Assembly: GCA_038046765.1 (NCBI GenBank)
Contig: JBBSVN010000004.1
Span: 1 to 64,000 of the forward strand
Origin: Candidatus Micrarchaeota archaeon
GTDB lineage: Archaea; Micrarchaeota; Micrarchaeia; Anstonellales; Bilamarchaeaceae
Length of the DNA stretch: 64,000 nt
Direction: 5' to 3'
How positions within the stretch are numbered: the first letter of the stretch is position 1; each line of letters starts with the position of its first letter. This document shows, piece after piece, positions 59,149 through 64,000 of this stretch. The notes beneath the pieces were generated by a model. The model worked only from the letters and a program-made list of their open reading frames with translations, searched no databases and had not been told where the DNA came from. The position numbers and the translations under genes are program-made.

Positions 59149-61176
59149 TTAACCAACTTCTCCTTCCTTCACTTTTTCTGTTCTAATTTCTTGGTTTCCA
59201 GCCACGAGTTTCTTACCTTGCGCAAAAACAAAATTATCTTTTACCGTAATAGATACTTTGAAAAAATCGTCAATTGTAATCGAAGGTTTTGGCGTTTGTT
59301 TTGTTCCTTCCAAAGTAACTTTAGTCCCAACTTCTGCTTCTGTAAAAACTACTTCGACAGATGATTTATCCTCTGCAGCTAACACCATTCCTTGACTTTC
59401 AACGCCCCTTAAAAGCGCACTTGGAATATTTCGAAGTATCAAAACTTTCTTGTTAAGCAGTTGCTCCGGAGTATAATACTTAGCAATCCCTGAAACAATC
59501 TGAACAATTTTATCTGCGCCAAGTTGTACTTTTTCCACATAGAGTTTATCTGCGTTAGGATGTTTTTCAACGCTTAGTATTTGACCTACTTCTATGTCAA
59601 GATCTGAGAAATGGATAGATATGATAGGCGCAACTGTTTTGTTTAGATCCGCTTTAGCAACCAACTCCAATTTCTTAAAAATAACTTTCGGTTCGCCAAT
59701 CTTATGACCTTTTTCAACAGATAATTTACCTAGACTCTTTATTCCCTGCTCTGGCAAACTAAGTTGTACGAATATTTCTTTAGAAGAATCAGGAACAAAT
59801 GACGAAAATAAAATAGCCATATCTTTAACTTGATTAACTAGAACGTGAAGTACAGTATCTGCCCTTGCTTTATTAGTTTTAACTAACTCCCAAGGTTTAT
59901 TGTCCTGGAAATATTTATTTGCGTTTTTAGAAGCGGACATTGCAACAGATACGCCATCTTTAAGTTTAAACTGATCCATCGAACTAGTGAACTTTTCGTA
60001 AAAGCCCTGTTGTTCTTCTAAGAATTTTTTATCAGCTTCGCTAATTTCGCCTTGAGGAACAATTCCATTAAAATTATTTTTAAGGAAGACCAAAGTACGA
60101 TTTACAAGATTACCCAAGTTAGCGAGTAGTTCACTATTGTTCTTTTCAATTAGTACTTTTTCTGAAAAATCCCCGTCTTCAAAAGTTGAAACTTCGCTAA
60201 GTAATGTGTAACGAATCGTATCAAGACTATATTTCTCAATCAACTTAAATGGATCGACAATATTTCCTAGGCTTTTACTCATTTTCTGCCCTTCAACAGT
60301 TATATAACCATGGACAAAAAGTGTTTTTGGTATTTCTAAACCTGCTGAAAGTAAAATCGCTGGCCAATAAACCGCATGAAAACGAATGATACCTTTACCA
60401 ATTACATGAACATCTGCTGGCCAGTATTTATTGAATTTTTCTTCGTCTTTACTGTATCCAATTCCTGTAATATATGTGCCAAGGGCATCGAACCACACAT
60501 ACATAATCTGATTACTATCGCCAGGAACTTCTACCCCCCAACCCTTAGCTCGTTTAACAGAACGAGAGATACTAAAGTCTTTAAGCCCTCCACGAATAAA
60601 TGATAAAACTTCATTCTTTCGCGTTTCGGGTAAGATTTTAAGTTCGTCCGATTCAACAAGTTTTTCAAGTTTTTCCTGGTATTTTGAAAGCTTAAAAAAG
60701 TAATTTTCTTCTTCGATTGTTTCGAGTTTTGTTCGATGTTCGGGGCAAACTCCTTCAGGCAAATCATCTAATTCATAGAAGGCTTCACAGCCCACGCAGT
60801 ATAAACCAGAGTATGTTTTTTTGTAGATATCGCCGTTTTTATCACATAGTTTCCAGAGTTTTTGAACCCCAGTAAAATGAGGCTCTTTTATCGAAGTTCT
60901 AAGAAAGGAATTGAATGATAATTTAGTTTTTTCTGCCATTTTTCTAAAAAGTTCTGCATTCTCCAAACAAAGCTGCGCTGTTGTAATACCCTTAGCTTCT
61001 GCAGCTTGGACATTTTTTAAGCTGTTCTCATCTGCACCAGTTACTAGAAAAACATCATTTCCAATTAGTTTCTGATAACGCGCAATCGCATCTGTTTGTA
61101 TAAATTCTAATGCATGACCTAAATGAGGCGCAGCATTAACGTATGGAATTGCTGTTGTAATGTAAAATTTTTTCAT
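59149..61176 (-). CDS. metG: Methionyl-tRNA synthetase with C-terminal tRNA-binding (OB) domain
   Basis: TTAIPYVN..HLGH, YVWFDAL, KMSKSLGN, HPNADKL..ESQGMVL. Confidence 0.96.
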   Translation of the reverse strand: MKKFYITTAIPYVNAAPHLGHALEFIQTDAIARYQKLIGNDVFLVTGADENSLKNVQAAEAKGITTAQLCLENAELFRKMAEKTKLSFNSFLRTSIKEPHFTGVQKLWKLCDKNGDIYKKTYSGLYCVGCEAFYELDDLPEGVCPEHRTKLETIEEENYFFKLSKYQEKLEKLVESDELKILPETRKNEVLSFIRGGLKDFSISRSVKRAKGWGVEVPGDSNQIMYVWFDALGTYITGIGYSKDEEKFNKYWPADVHVIGKGIIRFHAVYWPAILLSAGLEIPKTLFVHGYITVEGQKMSKSLGNIVDPFKLIEKYSLDTIRYTLLSEVSTFEDGDFSEKVLIEKNNSELLANLGNLVNRTLVFLKNNFNGIVPQGEISEADKKFLEEQQGFYEKFTSSMDQFKLKDGVSVAMSASKNANKYFQDNKPWELVKTNKARADTVLHVLVNQVKDMAILFSSFVPDSSKEIFVQLSLPEQGIKSLGKLSVEKGHKIGEPKVIFKKLELVAKADLNKTVAPIISIHFSDLDIEVGQILSVEKHPNADKLYVEKVQLGADKIVQIVSGIAKYYTPEQLLNKKVLILRNIPSALLRGVESQGMVLAAEDKSSVEVVFTEAEVGTKVTLEGTKQTPKPSITIDDFFKVSITVKDNFVFAQGKKLVAGNQEIRTEKVKEGEVG

Positions 61177-61200
61177 AGGAACCACTTTCAAAAAATACAC

Positions 61201-61776
61201 TTAATTTCGTATCATTTTTATTAAATCACTTTTAGTAATTATTCCACTTATATTGCCATCTTTTTTTATAAGTACCGCACCATAGTGGTGAAGCAAATTT
61301 GCAACAACTTCAACCTCGCTAGTTTCGGGTACAATTGGAAAACTTTCTTTCATTACTTCTGCAACTTTTTTTATTGCGACATTATCCTTTCTTTCCGCAA
61401 AATCTACAAACAAATCCTCGCTTAGACTTCCAATGATATTTTGTCCATATTTTACAGGTACTTGAGATATTGCCTTGGTTCGCATGATTTTAATTACTTT
61501 TTCAACTAGATCAGAGGAAGTCACAAATATTACATTTTTAGTTGCGATGTCTTTTGCTAATTTTCTTTTTTGGTCTTTGTTGATCTGATTATCCAAAGCC
61601 TCAAAAATTGCCTTTACTTTAGAATATGCGGGGTCGATATGACCTGATTCTAGTTTTGCGATTAGAGATTGACTTACCCCCGCTAGCTTTGATAATTCTG
61701 TTTGCGTAAGGTTAAGTTTTTTTCTTATTTCTTGAATTTTTTCAATGTCTTGAATGGTGATCACCTGTTTTAGCAT
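61201..61776 (-). CDS. XRE-HTH plus CBS-domain transcriptional regulator
   Basis: LTQTELSKLAGVSQSLIAKLESG; ISQVPV; GIITKSDL. Confidence 0.92.
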   Translation of the reverse strand: MLKQVITIQDIEKIQEIRKKLNLTQTELSKLAGVSQSLIAKLESGHIDPAYSKVKAIFEALDNQINKDQKRKLAKDIATKNVIFVTSSDLVEKVIKIMRTKAISQVPVKYGQNIIGSLSEDLFVDFAERKDNVAIKKVAEVMKESFPIVPETSEVEVVANLLHHYGAVLIKKDGNISGIITKSDLIKMIRN

Positions 61777-61971
61777 TGAGCAGTGAGCTATGAGCATTGC
61801 CCAGTAAAGAGTAAACGCCTTTACTAGCTCCGATTAAACGCCAACAGTTCAATGAACCATAAAACGTTGCGACGTTTTATCGGTCGTCAAGTGCAAGCAC
61901 TTGCCGATGCAGTGAGCCCAAACGTACGAATTCGTAGCTCCTTGCCCAAGGCCCAAAACTCATGGCTGAAA
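61770..61971. repeat. Heptamer-bounded multi-hairpin element
   Basis: Left TGAGCNN x5 (61770-61804), right GCTCANN-like x5 (61937-61971); inner hairpins ATAAAACGT/ACGTTTTAT and CAAGTGC/GCACTTG. Confidence 0.8.
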
Positions 61972-62033
61972 TATTCTTAAAAGAATATTTATTTCAATAA
62001 TATATTTAAATAAGAATATTTTTAAGTATTGCT

Positions 62034-62897
62034 ATGGCAGCACAAACTAGAAGGATTGGAGTACTTACCGATTTTGGAAAAGATGAAGCACCGTATTTGT
62101 TAAGGTCAGCTATAAGAAGAACTAATAGAGATGCATTAATTGAAGATATTACACACGCAATACCTAAGTTCAATATTCTTTGTGGAGCCTGGAGACTTAG
62201 AAGAGTGGTTAGCGATCATACGCAAGAGCAAGGTTCAATCTATGTTGCAGTAGTTGACCCGGGAGTGGGTGGAAGAAGAAAGAATATAATCGTAGAGACA
62301 AAAACAGGCAAACTTTTAGTTGGACCAGATAATGGCTTACTCTCTCTTGCGTTTTTAGAAGAAGGTGTAGAAAGAGCAATTGAAATAAGAAATAATGAAT
62401 TTACTTTTGTTCGTCAGGCGGCATCAAAAACATTTGCTGGTAGAGATGTGTTCGCTCCTGTAGCTGGTTTTTTGGCAAACGGAATTCGAATACAAGATTT
62501 TGGACCAGAACTAAAAGAAGATGAATTAACAAAAATAAAACTAAGTTGCGAATTCGCAGATAATAAAAGAAGCGGATGCCTGGTTGATATTGATGATTTT
62601 GGAACACTAAGAACGAATATGCCAAATCATTTAGCACATGAACAATTAGAAAGACCTGTCCAACTTAAGTTTTCCGATAGTGTTAGTCAAAATGTGTTTT
62701 ATGAAACTCGGGTTCGCTTAGTTCTTGCATTCTCTGAACTACCAATTGGAGAATTGGGCATTTTACTCTCTTCTACGGGTTGTCTGGATATCGCAGTAAA
62801 TCAGGGTAGTGCAGTAGAAAAACTAGGAATTGGTTTTGATAGAGTTGGACTAGATACTGGTCTAGTTCCGATAACTAGCGTTGGATTAAGTTTTTAA
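62034..62897 (+). CDS. SAM hydrolase / SAM-dependent halogenase family (DUF62)
   Basis: LTDFG, DITH, VVDPGVG, GPDNG, TFAGRDVFAP, IDDFG, AVNQG. Confidence 0.92.
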   Translation: MAAQTRRIGVLTDFGKDEAPYLLRSAIRRTNRDALIEDITHAIPKFNILCGAWRLRRVVSDHTQEQGSIYVAVVDPGVGGRRKNIIVETKTGKLLVGPDNGLLSLAFLEEGVERAIEIRNNEFTFVRQAASKTFAGRDVFAPVAGFLANGIRIQDFGPELKEDELTKIKLSCEFADNKRSGCLVDIDDFGTLRTNMPNHLAHEQLERPVQLKFSDSVSQNVFYETRVRLVLAFSELPIGELGILLSSTGCLDIAVNQGSAVEKLGIGFDRVGLDTGLVPITSVGLSF

Positions 62898-64000
62898 TCA
62901 CGGACGCTTGCATCTAAGGGGCAAGCTTCAGAAAATGAGATATTTGCTACACCATTAGAGTTATTTGGCCCAAAGGATATATTTTGCACTATAAGAAACA
63001 GAGAAGAATAATTCATGGAGTAGTATGTTGACCCACCATTTTCGATTAATCTCCTTTCTAAAATGCCACAAAGTGAATTTTTACGAGAAAATGCAGCTAT
63101 TGCGGGATTAAATTGAGATGGAGGAATAAGGTAATCTAAAGTAAATCGCAAATCTCCTGCCTGAAATCTTATCGGGAATTCTTGTCCGACAGATAACTGA
63201 GTATTCTGGGATGAGCATATAGCTAAATATGGATTAAACGGTTGACAAACAAAAGCATCAGAATTAACATCAACTGCTACTCTAGAATCTACTGACGTTA
63301 CTGCATCAGCTATCGCTGCATCCGGAATTCGCGCGTCCAAAATTCTTGCATCCACTATAACAGGAGCGTCTCTTTGAACAGCTGCATCCGGTATATTCGC
63401 ATCAGGTAAAACTCCTGCATCTTGTCCGCAGGTTCTATTTATATTTACTGATGCATACCACGTTCCTGCGGGTTGCCAGTATCTATTTGAGCTTAACGTA
63501 AATGTATACGAAGATCCTAGATTCGGAGGTGTAATCGTTACCTGACCGTTTTCAAGCAAATCTGTTGATTCAAAAATATAACAACTAGAAGTTCGCAAAA
63601 AAGATATTCTAGCGATTCTTGTTATCGGATTAACATTTTCAAGTAATATTCCAAATACGTTTCTTGAACTAAAATCAACAGTGTAGATTTGGTTTTGAGT
63701 TAGAGTTGCCCTATTTAGGCTCGATCCGCAAGATAGTATTGAACCAGTTCGAGCAAATGTAGTACACATTGCATCAGCTAATTGGCTTGAATCGCGTAGA
63801 GTTGAATCTTGAATTTGCGCATCCATACTTACAATGTTTGCGTCCGGGTTTGCATCGGCACTCGCATCAATTACACCTGAATCAGGTAAGGGTGACCCGC
63901 ATGTTTTTTTAAGTGAAAGTAACACACGTTCGTTAGCTCCTTCCTGAATTAAACCAGATAAACCATATTCTAGATTATATGGGCCAATTACTTCCTGGGC
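62894..64000 (-). CDS. Modular Cys-containing surface-type protein with Asp-Ala-rich linkers; 5' end beyond the window
   Basis: Frame stays open from 63925 to 64000; DAGVLPDANIPDAAV linkers between two similar roughly 115-aa domains. Confidence 0.7.
   Translation of the reverse strand, partial: AQEVIGPYNLEYGLSGLIQEGANERVLLSLKKTCGSPLPDSGVIDASADANPDANIVSMDAQIQDSTLRDSSQLADAMCTTFARTGSILSCGSSLNRATLTQNQIYTVDFSSRNVFGILLENVNPITRIARISFLRTSSCYIFESTDLLENGQVTITPPNLGSSYTFTLSSNRYWQPAGTWYASVNINRTCGQDAGVLPDANIPDAAVQRDAPVIVDARILDARIPDAAIADAVTSVDSRVAVDVNSDAFVCQPFNPYLAICSSQNTQLSVGQEFPIRFQAGDLRFTLDYLIPPSQFNPAIAAFSRKNSLCGILERRLIENGGSTYYSMNYSSLFLIVQNISFGPNNSNGVANISFSEACPLDASVRD

Noticed and set aside
61800..61940. 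tRNA or other known RNA gene in the structured intergenic region
   Set aside because: No acceptor stem with a properly placed T-loop could be built; treated as a repeat element instead

Overview
AT-rich archaeal chromosome segment, most likely DPANN/Micrarchaeota-like. This is inferred from MCM, archaeal LeuRS, ApgM, Trm5-like and a three-unit tRNA-splicing endonuclease with a GTYK loop. From left to right: a giant repeat surface protein, intein-bearing MCM, an M6 protease, apgM, and a diversity-generating retroelement (DGR). The DGR has a 92-bp TR/VR pair with 18 of 18 mismatches at TR adenines, and its RT is frameshifted inside an (AG)7 microsatellite. Next come a three-gene cassette with a clan-CD-like protease, three PIN toxin-antitoxin loci (one decayed), and six tandem paralogous membrane genes interrupted by a four-helix-bundle gene. 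These are followed by leuS, a shikimate/Phe/Tyr operon with AroA-AroC and AroE-AroK fusions, a trpEGDCBA operon without trpF and a divergent TrpY-like regulator, and metG. The most striking unannotated signals are two candidate ribosome-based amino-acid sensors. One is an aromatic-rich leader peptide (...WFYSFSFNFRFSFNY*) with a hairpin upstream of the aro operon. The other is a Trp-codon uORF at the start of trpE whose AGGGAU-UUA-CUU-UGG-C sequence mirrors the prfB +1 frameshift cassette and would slip into the trpE frame. A dispersed family of TGAGCNN heptamer/hairpin elements is also present. No rRNA, tRNA or CRISPR array was recognised. All calls are by eye; no database searches were run.
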